A stretch of 64,000 bases of DNA, taken from positions 172,484,001 to 172,548,000 of the forward strand of contig NC_042997.1 in the NCBI RefSeq assembly GCF_006345805.1, given 5' to 3'. The position numbers and the translations under genes were made by a program. The notes beneath the pieces were generated by a model that saw only the letters and a list, made by a program, of their open reading frames with translations, searched no databases and was not told the DNA's origin. Below are positions 39,722 to 52,250 of the stretch, in pieces. Every line of letters starts with the position of its first letter. Position 1 is the stretch's first letter. Origin of the DNA: Octopus sinensis. Lineage: Eukaryota.

Positions 39722-41559
39722 GTTGTGTCAACACTGATTTTTTTTTCTTCTTTATTTGTCTTTGGTTTCATCAATACCATGAACACAGGAAAATCAATGT
39801 CACCGTTGTTTCTATACAGAATCCTTTAAATAGCTTTTAGTGCATTTAATGAACAGCAGCTGAGTTGATGGAAGCTTACATGAGGAGCAGGAGGGTAGAG
39901 TCGGAATGGTGTGTGGAGGGACTTTTGAGGAGAAACATTTACAAACATTTACGGATCAGAAATCTTAAATTGATTTGAATGTGGTCAAGTCACTTTGTTG
40001 TTTTTATTGTTACCCCTCTTACACCATTCTGTTTGGTTTGCAGTAAAAGAGTGACATTGCCAAAAGTTCATTGACTGATATCATCATTGGGTTTCATATC
40101 TTTATTTATTTATTTATTTATTTTTTTTTTTCGGTTGTTGTGTCTAAAAGAAGGGGTACTGTCCATGATCTTTGCAGGCCAACACTTTTAGGTTCTGAAG
40201 GGAAAGGACTGGGCATGATGGTTGGTTGTGCCAAGAGTAATGAGAGAGGGATAGAAAAATGGGCTGGGGTTGCCTGTGTAGTGGGGATATAAGATCAGCT
40301 AGTTCTGAGGTACAGGGACCATTTTATAAATGATGCAATAGACAGAAAAAGGAAACAGCAAATCTGTGGGTCAGAAGCTGGTGGCACATAAAAAGCACCC
40401 ACTACACTCTAGGAGTAGTCGGCATTAGGAAGGGCATCCAGCTGTAGAAACTTTTCCAGATTGGATTGGAGTCTGGTGCAGCCTTCTGGCTTGCCGGCTC
40501 TCAGTCAAACAACCCAACCCATGCCAGCATGGAAAACACATTAAACGATGATGATCCATGATGCTGATGATGAGTACAAGTCAAGAAGACCATCAGATAT
40601 CAGGGCTTTAGTCCTCATAGATGTGATTACACATGATCGAGATGAGAGTTGATATATTTCTATACATGCTGACTCATCTAACCCAAGCCAGCTTCAAAAC
40701 AACCGTATGTTAAAACAGTGATTATAGAAGATTATGCATGCTGGCATATATAGCTACCAAAGACAACCACCTAAAAAATTGGTAGTTGATAATAGTGTCA
40801 CTAGCACAGCACCATATCTATAGTAAAGACAACCCTAAATGACCTACTCTACTTAGCTCTCAGTAAATACCACACAGTGTTGCCAAAGGAAAAATATTCA
40901 AAAGGAGCTGAATTTGTCAAGAATATGATCTTAAAAGCAAGAAGTTGGAGCTAATAAGTAGCTGTTATCCTTTCACTTTGTTGTCTTATCTTTTGATATT
41001 CACTCACCAAATATTATCCAAATGTGTGTATGTGTTTTTTAAAATTGGCAGTATTTTTTTTTGTTACTGGTATGTGAAAAAAAATTGAATCTTGTTTTAT
41101 AGTTTTAGTTATTTTATGTTTCACTTGATGATTTTGTCTAGAGCTTTGAGTAAACATACTACACAATACAAAAGAGAACTTAATTTTATATTATAGCATT
41201 TATCTTTTACTTGTTTCAGTCGTTGGATTGCAGCCATGCTGGGGTACCACATTAAAGGGTTTTAGTTGAACAAATAGACCCCAGTACTTATTTTTTAAAC
41301 ATCATACTTATTGTATCGGTCTCTTTTGTTAGACTGCTAAGTTATGGGGATGTAAAGAAATGAACACCGTTTGCCAAGTGGTGTTGGGAAGAAACACACA
41401 CATATGATGAACTACCTCATGGTTTCTGTCTACCAGATTCACTCACAAAGCACTAGCCCAGTGCTATAGCAGAAGATTGAACCCAAGACTGTGTGATTGC
41501 AAAACAAGTTTCTAAACCACATAGCTATAAACATAATATAGAATATGTAACACATTTTC

Positions 41560-42150
41560 TTATTCTATTTATTCAGTCACTTGACTGCAGCCAAGCTGGA
41601 GCACCAACTTAACCCTTTCGTAACTGTATTTATTTTGAGATGCTCTGTGTTTCTTTCAATTACTTTAAATATAACAAAGAATTTAGTAAAATAACTTAGT
41701 TATCATTCAGCTAGTGTTAGGAACATAAATTGTGACTAAGGTTTAGTGGAAGATTTTAATTCCAAACTTATGAAAACAAGACATTTGTACTCAGAGCTAG
41801 AGCCGGTTTCAGCCGGGTTGGTAATGAAAGGGTTAAGGGGCTTTAGTCAAACAATTGACCCCAGGACTTATTCTTTGTAAGCTTAGTACTTATTCTATTA
41901 GTCTCTTTTGCCAAACTGCTAAGTTACAGGGACATAAGCACACCAACATTGATTGTCAAGTGATGGTGTGGTGACAAACAGACACACACACGCGGTGGGC
42001 TTCTTTCAGTTTCCGTCTACCAAATCCACTCACAAAGCCCAAGGCTATAGTAGAAGGCACTTGCCCAAGGTGCCATGCAGTTGGACTGAATTCAGAACCA
42101 TGTGGTTTGGAAACAAGCTTCTTACCACACAGTCACACGTGCGCCTATGA
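41560..42150 (-). mobile_element. SINE family A interrupted by a piggyBac-type MITE
   Basis: SINE sequence resumes on both sides of 41609-41836. Confidence 0.8.
41609..41836. mobile_element. piggyBac-type MITE family P1 inserted in SINE A
   Basis: TTAA|CCCTTTCGTAAC...GTAATGAAAGGG|TTAA; host SINE is continuous across it. Confidence 0.9.
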
Positions 42151-42299
42151 CTAAAAGAAAAGGAAATGTTGGTAATTTTAAATAATTTTAACTAAATAAA
42201 TTATAATGTATATAAGATTGCAGTGGTATCTTGACTAAGAAACGCGATTTCATTAATTTTAAAGCAGTCTTTAGCTTTATGTACATATAAATGGCTGAC

Positions 42300-42560
42300 A
42301 ACAAAATGGAGAGAATTCTACTGCAAAATCATTTGCAGTGTAAACCATAACCTTTTATTTCTTCCAATGATGCAACATTACACACAAGCAGAATTGAAGA
42401 ATCATGGAATTCCATTAAAAGTAAATTATTGTACCATGCTTAGAACTTCAAGACAACCTCTTCTTAACTTACAAGAATTTACCTGGCATCATTCTCATGA
42501 ATGTATGGATGCTCTTTCTACAAAATGGAAACTGGTTTACTGTGTAATGGTGATTAAGCA
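42300..42560 (+). pseudogene. Merlin (IS1016/IS1595-like DDE) transposase remnant
   Basis: Frameshifted VNHNL...LHTSRIEESWNSIK.KL...LQEFTWH resembles the Merlin VNH...HT..IE..W...K...YL.EF.WR motif. Confidence 0.55.
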
Positions 42561-43635
42561 TTTATTTTCCTTTCGCTTTGTTGTCTGCCGATATATGTAT
42601 AGAAAATGAAAGATCACCAATTTCAAATTACAATATAACTCAATACAAAGCACATTTTAAAATTTCATGATCTATAGATTATAGTAATGTCTTATCCAGA
42701 AATTGAGATCAAAGCAAGAGCACTTAGGTATTCATCAATGAAGAAACTCTTGTAGATGTGTACCACTGAACAAGGCATAACTTCTTTGAAAATGTAAATT
42801 ATGATTATGTTAATGAATTTTTTAAAAAAATTTTATAAATAGAAATAAGGTAAATCCAGTACTATTTTAACAATTCAATAACTTGCTCAGAAACTTGATC
42901 ATGATAGTTGCACAACATAATTATGTTAGAGGAGAGAAATAGAGCACATCTATAATAATACACCGGAATGCTTTCAGTCGCTATTGTAATAGGCTAAATA
43001 TAAACTTGGAAATTTTTTTTTATTCATCATGCCTTTCACTTTCATACTCGTAGTGAATAATAATAAGGTCAGGAGAATATCATAAAATTTTTTTTATGTT
43101 GTGCAACAGTCATGATTAAGCTATTGAATAGTTAAAAAGAGGTGGACTTCTTTTCATTCTGAATGAAATAAAATTTTATTTTTCTCTTTAAAATCTCCTC
43201 TGTTTAACGTGGAGATTATTGTTATAATCCCTACACTGGCAAAACTAATGATGAGCATTATCAAATAAACTGAATTAGCACACCCCTCACCGTCCTTTTT
43301 TAAAATTCTGACTCTGAGTCAGCCTTGATCACACAAACATATGATCATCATTTACCCATAGTTGCATTATCCAGAGCCCTTTTTTTTTTCAAGATAGTAG
43401 GATTTGAGGGAGATTTGACTGCTCTTTCAAGTTAATCAAGCAGCCATGTAGAGTAGTAATTCTCAACCACATTTTTACCCATTTTTGAAATTTTCTTTCA
43501 ACCATCACAGTAACTTGAGATTTATGAAAGGAAAACTTAATATTTCTCAGAATGTATGAAACAAAGGTCTAACAGAAAGTCTGCAAACAAGCATGGACAT
43601 TTAGGACAAACTTATGGAAATACTTTGAACAAGCA

Positions 43636-44020
43636 CAGGCACAGGAGTGGCTGTGTGGTAAGAAGCTTGCTTCCCAACCACATGGTTCTGGGTTCAGTTC
43701 CACTGCATGGCACCTTGGGCAAGTGCCTTCTACTATAGCCTCGGGCTGGCCAAAGCCTTGTGAGTAGATTTGGTAGATGGAAACTGAAAGAAGCCCATCG
43801 CATATATATATGTGTGTTTGCGTTTGTCCCCCAGCATTGCTTGACAACTGATGTTGGTGTGTTTTATGTCTCTGTAACTTAGCAGTTCAGCAAAAGAGAT
43901 CAATAGAGTAAGTCGTAGGCTTACAAAGAATAAGTCTTGGGGCCGATTTGTTCGACTAAAGGCGGTGCTCCAGCATGGCTGCAGTCAAATGACTAAAACA
44001 GGTAAAAGAATAAAAGAATA
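43636..44020 (+). mobile_element. SINE family A, full length
   Basis: Head to (GTAAAAGAA)n tail match the other copies. Confidence 0.9.
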
Positions 44021-44989
44021 AGCAAAGGGTTAAGACAGGCATGAGGAAACAAAAAAAAAAACAGCATCTAGGTACCAACTGAGCCCTGCTTATACAAAAA
44101 CTGAACAGGTTCAAACCTTGTTACAAATGTGCTCATGTGTCTTACATAAATGGAGGGGGTGAGAACCTGATTATTACAAGTAAAGCTAAATTAGGAGATA
44201 GGTGCCAGATTTTAAGAAGACAGTGAAGCTATTATCTATTCAAAAAAGGTCTAAATTTAGCTTAAGAAAAAAAAAAGCTAAACTGTCAACGTTGTAATCA
44301 TAAAGTGATATATAGAAACTTGCTTGCTAACCAAGTGATTTCAGGTTCAAATCCACTGTGTCACACCTTTTGCAAGTGTCTTCCACCATAACCCTGTGTT
44401 GACCAAACCTTTATGAGTGGATTTAGTTGGCAGAAGTTGAAAGAAGCCTGAGTATGTGTGTGTGCACACTCCCATGCATCTACATGTGTAAGTTTGTGTT
44501 TACACTTGTGCTTCTCTGAGAAACCACAAGCTACAAGCAGTTATTTTGTTATTTCTCTTGTGGATGAATTGTCTTCTGGCTTTGCACTTTCAGAAGACAT
44601 ATGAAATAAGAGCTCTCCTGATTGAAAAACAGTTGACCCTTTAGCATTCAGATTACTTTATCAAGTGTAATGCTCATTTATCCACATTGTTTTGAATTAA
44701 TCATGCATTATCTTGTAGCTTTGAGATTTCAGTGATATGATTGTTTACTTTTAGAATGGCATTGTAGGATAGGTGTGAGAGGCTGAATGTAAAACAAGTA
44801 GAATACTTTGGGCCAGATATGACCTGTTGAAATGCTAAAAGGTTAAGGGCTAGTTATATGGTACGCGTCCAGCTGTTAAACAATGCCATGATAATAGATA
44901 TTCACTACCCTAAGCTAGCATGGAAAAACAAGTGTAAAAATAAATGAACAAACAGAATGCCACCTTCCTGCTTACTGATTTTCTTGATA

Positions 44990-45712
44990 TGCAGGTGTGG
45001 CTGTGTGGTAAGAAACTTGCTTCCCAACAACATGGTTCCAGGTTCAGTCCCACTGCATGGCACCTTGAGCAAGTGTCTTCTACTTGAGCTGACCAAAGCC
45101 TTGTGAGTGGATTTTGGTAGATGGAAACTGAAAGAAGCCCCTTATTTACATTTGATGGATATTTGTCCTCATCTTGTTTGTTGTTAACACGTTTCGGTTG
45201 ATATACCCTCCAGCTTTCATCAGGTGTCTTGGGGAAGTTTCAAACCTGGGCTCTTATTCCTAAGGTATTTTTCGATGTTGTTGTTGTTGTTGTTATTATT
45301 ATGCAGGTCACTGCATGGAATCAAACTCAGTGACCCGAATAATAATAATAATAACAACAACAACATCGAAAGATATCTTAGGAATGAGAACCCAGGTTCA
45401 AAATTTCCCCAAGATACCTGATGAAGGCTGGAGAGAATATCAGCTAAAACGTGTTAACAACAAGATGAGGACAAATATCCGTCAAATGTAAATAATGTGC
45501 ATAATTCCTCATCTCTTAAATATAGAACTGAAAGAAGCCCATCGTGTGTGTTTGAATCTCTGTAACTTAACAGTTTGGCAAAAGAGGCTGATAGAATAAG
45601 TACTAGGCTTACAAAGAATAAGTCCTGAGCTTGATTTCTTCGACTAAAACCCCTTAAGGCAGTGCTCCAGCATGACCACAATCAAATTACTGTAACAACT
45701 AAAAGAATAAGA
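44990..45712 (+). mobile_element. SINE family A interrupted by a fold-back element
   Basis: Head 44990-45140 and 3' body 45526-45712; AACTGAAAGAAGCCC is duplicated at the interruption. Confidence 0.85.
45141..45525. mobile_element. Fold-back (inverted dimer) Penelope/retrozyme-like element with hammerhead-like cores
   Basis: Arms 45142-45313 and 45328-45495 are reverse complements; 15-bp TSD at 45126-45140 and 45526-45540; CTGATGA-A-stemII-(G/A)AAA-CGTG in each arm. Confidence 0.75.
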
Positions 45713-48505
45713 AGAATGTTATTTTTATATTGGTCACTTAAATATCGTTCATAATGTAGTTTTCTTCATTTTTTTTTTTTATTTCTTTTATGTGTTTGTT
45801 AATTTGTTATTCTTCATCTAATATTAACATGGTCAGTGGTTTAGACATCACAGTTTTTTTTTTATTACCATCTGTGTATCATTATGCATAATATTTTTCA
45901 TCTGAAACAACTGTTAAATCTAGTAACATTTTAATGGTCAACAAGTTACACGTACACACATTTAAAGATATTTTACTATTGTAATAACGGTTTGCCTCTA
46001 AATTACGTGTTTTTTATTTTTGTTTTTTTTTTTTCCATTTTCCTCTTAAAACTAGTTAATGGAGATCAATCTTCTGTTTGTTAATTTTATCCTTTCTCAC
46101 ATCTTTTGAAAATAAACTTTGGTTATTTCCTTGTGGTTTTTCTTTCCTTTTCATATCTAGTGATGCCATTTGATTGATTTTAAAATAGTCAATTTATAGA
46201 TTTGTTTTTAAGTACATATTTTAAAGTTGCGATAGTATCTTTTTATTTATTTATTTATTTTATTTATTTATTTTTTCCAAATTTTCTTTTATTGGATTTT
46301 TAATTCAGAAAATGTTTTGGTGTTTAAAATGAGGGTACTGTTGCTAACCAATACTCAACTTGAATACTATCATTTTCTTTCACATCATTGATCTGACCAA
46401 ACACTTGCTGTAAATTATAGATGTGCAACTCTTCTTGGTAGGCAAGGATATCTTTTGTGTCATCTTTGCATCTTATTCTTCCTGAACATCTTGCTGTTAA
46501 TGACTTAACTAAAAAAAAAAATTTTTTAAAACATTTTGTTTACTTGAAATTTTGTTCAGGAAATAAAAGCCAGAATTCTTCATTAGTTTATTCTTGACCT
46601 AGCTATGGGTTATAGATATCTAGCTTTTCTGGGTAAGTTATATGAAAGATTATCATGCTGTTCAGATGGTCAAGATTTGTCTGTCTTCCACTTGGTACTG
46701 TCTTGTGGGTGAAGAAAGAGTTAATTACTAGAATGCTATTGTCTCCAAAATGTAAGTTGCTGTTCCTCTATTTAGGTTTTAGGATTGATTCAGTTAATTT
46801 TATACCCTTGTACTTTATACTTGCTTGAACAAATTGACCCTAGTACTTATATTTTTTTTTAAAAGTCTGATAGACAGATATTTTTATCAATCTCTTGCTG
46901 AACCACTAAGTTAGCAGGACATAAACTAACCATCACCAGATGTCAAGCAGTGGTGGGAACAAGCACAGCTGCAACGACACACGCAACATAAAGAGTTTCT
47001 GTACTGTTTCCATCTACTGAATCACTAACAAGACATTGGCTGATCTGGAGCTATAGTAGAAGACTCAAGATGCCACGCAATGATGCTGAAACCACATGGC
47101 TGTGCCATCGAGATGATTTTTCTAAAGATGTCTTTATTGCAGCTAATTGAGTAAAACTATGAAAACTATTCCAACCATGATCATCTGACTTAAAATCAGA
47201 TGTAGTATAATCCAGAACAGTATTATCCAGTATATCTTTCCAGGGAGATTTGGTTATTGTCATTATTTCTAGCAGTTCGAGTGACTATTTAGAACTTCTC
47301 TTATTGCTTGTGTTGTTATCTTCCTGAGGAGTCAGTATAGTGAATGTCAACAAGACTGAACTATGAACAAAATCTGGGAAGCATTGCTTGTAAAGTATCC
47401 AGATAGAATATCTTCTCCATTTTTAACAATTCTACCTCCAATATTTTTGGTATAAATTCATAATTTACTTTAATCCCTTAGCTTTTAAACTGGCCGTATC
47501 TGGCCCAGATATGTCTCCTGTTTTAAGTTCAAACTGGCCGGGTCTAACTTCTCACACCTACCCTACAATGTCATCCTAAAACTAGACAATAACATCATTG
47601 AAATCTCAAAGCTGTGAGACAACACATGATTAATTCAAAATTATGAATGAATAAGCTTTTCATTTGGCAGAGTAATTTTGCACACTAAAGGATTAACGAT
47701 ATTCTTTACTGACAGTTTTCTCAAGTACATCATGTTGGAATAAATATTGAGCTACAAACTGTACATGGTAATTTCTAATTCTTACATGTCAGTTCATTTT
47801 TGTTTAGAAAGCCAAAGGAACTACTTGCTCAGAGATGGGAATTATTCCAAAGAATTTTTCTGGCATTTAAAATTTTGCTCTTCTATGTCATGTATGCATG
47901 TGTGTGTGTGTGTGTGTGAGTGGTTTTTTTAAATTTTATTTCCTGCTGCAGACAACTGAATGAAAGAGAGAGGGAAAGAGAGAGAGAAAGATGAGAAGTG
48001 ATATAAAGGAAGCATTAACGTTCTTTCCACTCTGGAGAGATGATTAAAAAAAAACTTTTTTTCTCTTCACTTCCTGTCTCCTTAGTATGCAATGTTAGCA
48101 CCTAATTAATTCTCTTCTAAAACTACTAGATGGCAAAGGATAATAAATAGATAATACCAGGCTTTCACAATTTTATTACCTGTCGCTGGTTGTTTTTTAC
48201 ATCATCATCATCATCATCATTATTATTATTATCATCATCATTATCATTAACATCAGAAACTTCATAATTACCATCATTTATTTTAATTATTTTTGCCAGA
48301 AATATCTTCTATTGTAATTGTTAGCTATAATCTTTAACGATTGTGTTTCTGTCAATTTTGTTTTTTAAGATAACATATTTTTACTGGTGAAATAAAACTA
48401 TTTTTAAAAGCCAAAAAAACAAAGGGTATTTATTTATTCTTCCCAACTAAATAAAGAAGAATAATTATTTGACTTTTCCTTCATTTATTTATTATTTATT
48501 TTCAG

Positions 48506-48523
48506 TGATTGGTGATATCAAAA
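48506..48523 (+). CDS. Candidate 18-nt symmetric microexon, (x)IGDIK
   Basis: Acceptor ttatttattttcag|, donor AAA|GTGAGT; only the phase 1-1 frame is stop-free. Confidence 0.22.
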
Positions 48524-48944
48524 GTGAGTGATTACAAGAAAAGGTGTGAGGAAATGTGATATTTTGACTGACTAGGCACTAGTAATGTGAAATTGTATTG
48601 GGTAGGAACTAGAAAAAGGTTGTTTCACCTATGTGAACCTTCAATAATGCATCATATAAGTATCATTAATTCAACCCCTTCATTAGCAGCATCACTCATA
48701 GGACCAACCACCTCTACTCAGATACCTGACCTGGTAGGAATAGCAGTTAAATTTCCTTCAAAAATACACCCTACAGTCTTAAGGAAAGGAAGGCCACACT
48801 GGATTTTCAAAAGGAGCTAGCTGGTTATAGATAAAATGTCTTTGATTATAGATCTGTCTGCTTGATCAGGGATAGCCTGAGACTAATTAACAACATTATT
48901 ACATAATTTATATCTACTATAACCTTATTTATTTATTTAGTATT

Positions 48945-49330
48945 TTTTGTTTTTCAGCCAATTGGTTTCAGGTTCAGTCACATTGCATGGCACCTTGGGC
49001 AAGTGTCTTCTATTATAACCTTGGGTCGACTAAAGGTTTATCAATGAATTTGGTAGGTGAATATTGAGAGAAGTTTGATGTGTGTGTGTGTGAGTTTGTA
49101 TCTCCTTGTCTTGATGTGTGATTGTTGCAAGCAAGTCTCACCATCATACAAATACTGTCCTTTATTTGTGATCTTCAATAAGAACATGTCCAGCCATGGC
49201 AGAAATATTAGCTTTCTTGGTGACAAGAAGGGTGTCCAATTCTAGAAAATCTGCCTCAACAATTCCATCCAACCCATGTGAGCATGGAAATGTGGATGCT
49301 AAAACAACAACGACGATGGTGGTGGTGATG
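48945..49330 (+). mobile_element. SINE family D: family-A-type head, distinct body, RTE-like 3' tail; other copies near 12360-12655, 14550-14790, 16460-16815, 25280-25660, 62165-62350, and on the minus strand 10625-10960, 35310-35530
   Basis: Head GGTTCAGTC...CCTTGGGCAAGTGTCTT, body TCTCCTTGTCTTGA, tail GAAGGG..TCCA...ACCCATG..AGCATGGAAA..TGGA.GTTAAA then (GAT)n. Confidence 0.75.
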
Positions 49331-50166
49331 ATAATGATGATGACGAAGATAATCAAGAGGAAGATAATGACTTTCCTTTCTTATTCTTGATAAAAGTGCT
49401 TTAGCTTGTTGGTTATTTTATCATTAACCACTCTTGTTGTCAACAGCTGTGTCTAAAGTATTAATCATTGAGGTTAATTATTCAGAGATGTCATCTACAT
49501 GAAAATTAGTAAGTTAATACTACATATTTAATGCAGGGAGCATTAGAACTCTAATTACAAATAATTGTGAAAGAATGACAAAAGACAAAAACATTAGCGC
49601 TGCAACTAATATCATTTTAATCATTTCGGTAAATAAATGTTTAGAAGTGTCTTCCTTCCTTCCTTGCTGAAATGATTAATATAGGCGCAGACATGGCTGC
49701 GTGGTTGTTAAGAAGCACTCTTTGCAACCACGATTTTGGATTCAGTTTGTATGTGAATTTGGTAAATGGAAACTGTGTGGAACCTCATCATATGTGTGTG
49801 TGTGTGTGTCAAGTTTCATGCATACAGTGTGTAAATATAAGAGGTGTGGGTTCGAGTCCCATGCATACAAGAAACCCACTTTTTTTCCTTTGAGGACTGT
49901 TTGCCCCAATATTAGACTATTTTCTTTAGTCAATACACATTGATCACTTATAAGCTTTAAGCTTATAAATATTATTATTATTATTTACAGAAATGTCACT
50001 TGTCACTGCTTCTCAATTTATTGCAGAAAACATACATACATACATATTTAATCATATCAAAGGGAAATGGAATTTAATTAAAATTAAAAACATTTAATTA
50101 AAATTTACATTTCCAGTGGTCTAACGTGTAAAAAGATTTAGCCAAAAAGGCTATATATTAGTCATA

Positions 50167-50628
50167 CGATGTAGTGTATATTTAAACACATAAGGAATCC
50201 ACTTATAGGAATTCTACATGCTAGAAAGAACAGCTAAGTTCTATAACCACAAAAATTGGGGATAAAGTTCGGAAGGAATAAATTTGGAAATGAAAAACAT
50301 TTACCATCTAGTTTCCTGGACCAATCCAAGGAAAAGTTAGTTTGTATAAACACGAGACAAGTAGTCTTGTTTGTCTCATGTGGATATGTTTAACACTAGG
50401 TTGGACCTGCTGAAGAAAATCAGACCTTGTGAGTTCTCCTTGACTCACTAAAAGAAGATTAGAAACCAACTGGTCCAGGAAACTAGATGGTAGATGTTTT
50501 TCATTTCCAAATTTATTCCTGTCAAATTTTATCCCCAATTTTTGTGGTTTACACAACCTAGCTGTTCTTTCTAGCGTGTAGAATCCCTATAAGTGGATTC
50601 CTTATGTGTTTAAATATACACTATATTG
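50167..50628. mobile_element. Tc1/mariner-type MITE with ~160-bp TIRs
   Basis: TA at 50165-50166 and 50629-50630; arms of about 50167-50325 and 50470-50628 are reverse complements. Confidence 0.88.
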
Positions 50629-50965
50629 TACATACATACATACATACACACACGTGCATACATGCATGCGTACATACATACATACATACATGCGAATGGC
50701 TTAGCGGTTAGGGTGTTATACTCACAATTGCAAGATCGTGGGTTTAATTCCCAGACCGGGCATTGTATTGTGTTCTTGAGCAAAGCACTTCATTTCACGT
50801 TGCTCTACAGTCATTTCATCAGCAGACATGTGGCACATGGGTGCACCTGTACAGGTAATGTCGCTCATGTGAACATTATAAACAAATCATCTGTGTGGTT
50901 GTTCAGTAAGAAATTGCTGAATGCTCATATGTCATCTAACGATGGGAGAGTCCACGACATGATTA

Positions 50966-51400
50966 TCTATTATATAAAATCTGTTGTCTGTCTGTGTGTG
51001 TGTGTGGCTTCTAGGATCTTAGGCATCCTCCATCCGATTGCACTCAAATTTGATATGTAGATACCAATGGTATCAGGGTGTGTATAAGTCTTGAAAAAAT
51101 TACATAAATCAATTCCAGGTGAGAATGCAATCGATAAAGCCGTGGGAAATCGTTTTCCTTTGGAATAGAAAAAAAAGTCTATCTTTATTTCTTCTTTTGC
51201 TGGTGTCTCAAACTTAGGTTAAATCAGTGTTTCTCAAGGGGGAGACCTATGGGATGGTCAGACAAGTTGTTTTGAGAAAATTTGGTTTAAACTCAGCACT
51301 GTCCATTGGAGGTGGGGCGTTTTGCTCGTGTATATATATATAACTACTGGTATTGGGATGTAAACATCCCAACTTCGTGATCAGGCAAAAGGAAATGCTA
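50966..51400 (+). mobile_element. Helitron-like non-autonomous element; 3' end uncertain
   Basis: A|TCTATTATATAAAA start, (CTGT)/(GT)n, CCGATTGCACTCAAATTTG; hairpin TTGGGATG-TAAA-CATCCCAA at 51353-51372 and CTAG at 51398. Confidence 0.5.
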
Positions 51401-51688
51401 GAATAACTACCAGACTTGAAAATAAGTACAGGAGTTAGTTCAACTAAAACCCTTCAAGGCAGTGCTCCAGCATGGCCGCAGTCCAGTGACTGGAACAAGT
51501 ATAAAAGATAAAGATAATAATTGTCATTGTGCTAATGTCTTTTCCTCACCACATAGTAATTCTTTTTATTTTTTTTTTTTCTATACTCACTTCATCAAAT
51601 ATGTTAACGCTAACTTAACTATGTTTCTGTCTGTTTCACTTCCTGCAAGTACAATTTGCCACACAGTTTTGCTATTTTCTTTTCGTAG

Positions 51689-51710
51689 CTGGCAGCATGA
51701 TTGTAACTTA
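51689..51710 (+). CDS. Candidate 22-nt microexon, (S)WQHDCNL
   Basis: Acceptor gctattttcttttcgtag|, donor TTA|GTAAGT; its phase 2-to-0 frame joins 30193 to 55186 in frame. Confidence 0.28.
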
Positions 51711-52250
51711 GTAAGTTCTGAGCAAAGCAAGATCTTAATCTGGTTTCGTTGTCTGATGGATCTATTTCAATTACATCACTTATTTGTAGCTTGAATGGTT
51801 ATCTTTGCTGGGTGTAAGGGGCAGGAAGCTTTTCAGTATGTATTAACAAGCGAGTCTAAGTCAAGAAGTTCACACTCCAACCACCAACATTGTCTGTCAG
51901 CCTCCCCCCTCTCTCTCTCTCTTTCTTTCTTTCTTAGAGCCATGGTGTTTTTGGTACTAGGCAAAGCTATTTTTTAAAAAATTACACACATATACGTGTG
52001 TGTGTGTGTGTTTGTAGTATGATGATGATACATATTTAAACGTACATTTTATCTCATCTTCATCCAACCATTTTAACTTCCTTTTCTGATTTCTAATCCC
52101 TACAATTTAGAAAAACAATTGAATGTATATACCATCAGGTAAATCTATTTACTCACTAAATAGATGGTTTCAATAAGTTTTCTTTTCCTTCTTCTAATTT
52201 TGATAATGATGGAGAACAAAGATTATATATATATATATATATATATATAA

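Larger units (their letters stand above)
36192..43482 (+). repeat. ~270-bp direct duplication: 36192-36457 and 43202-43482
   Basis: Colinear high similarity, including the same family-F/hAT-MITE junction. Confidence 0.9.
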
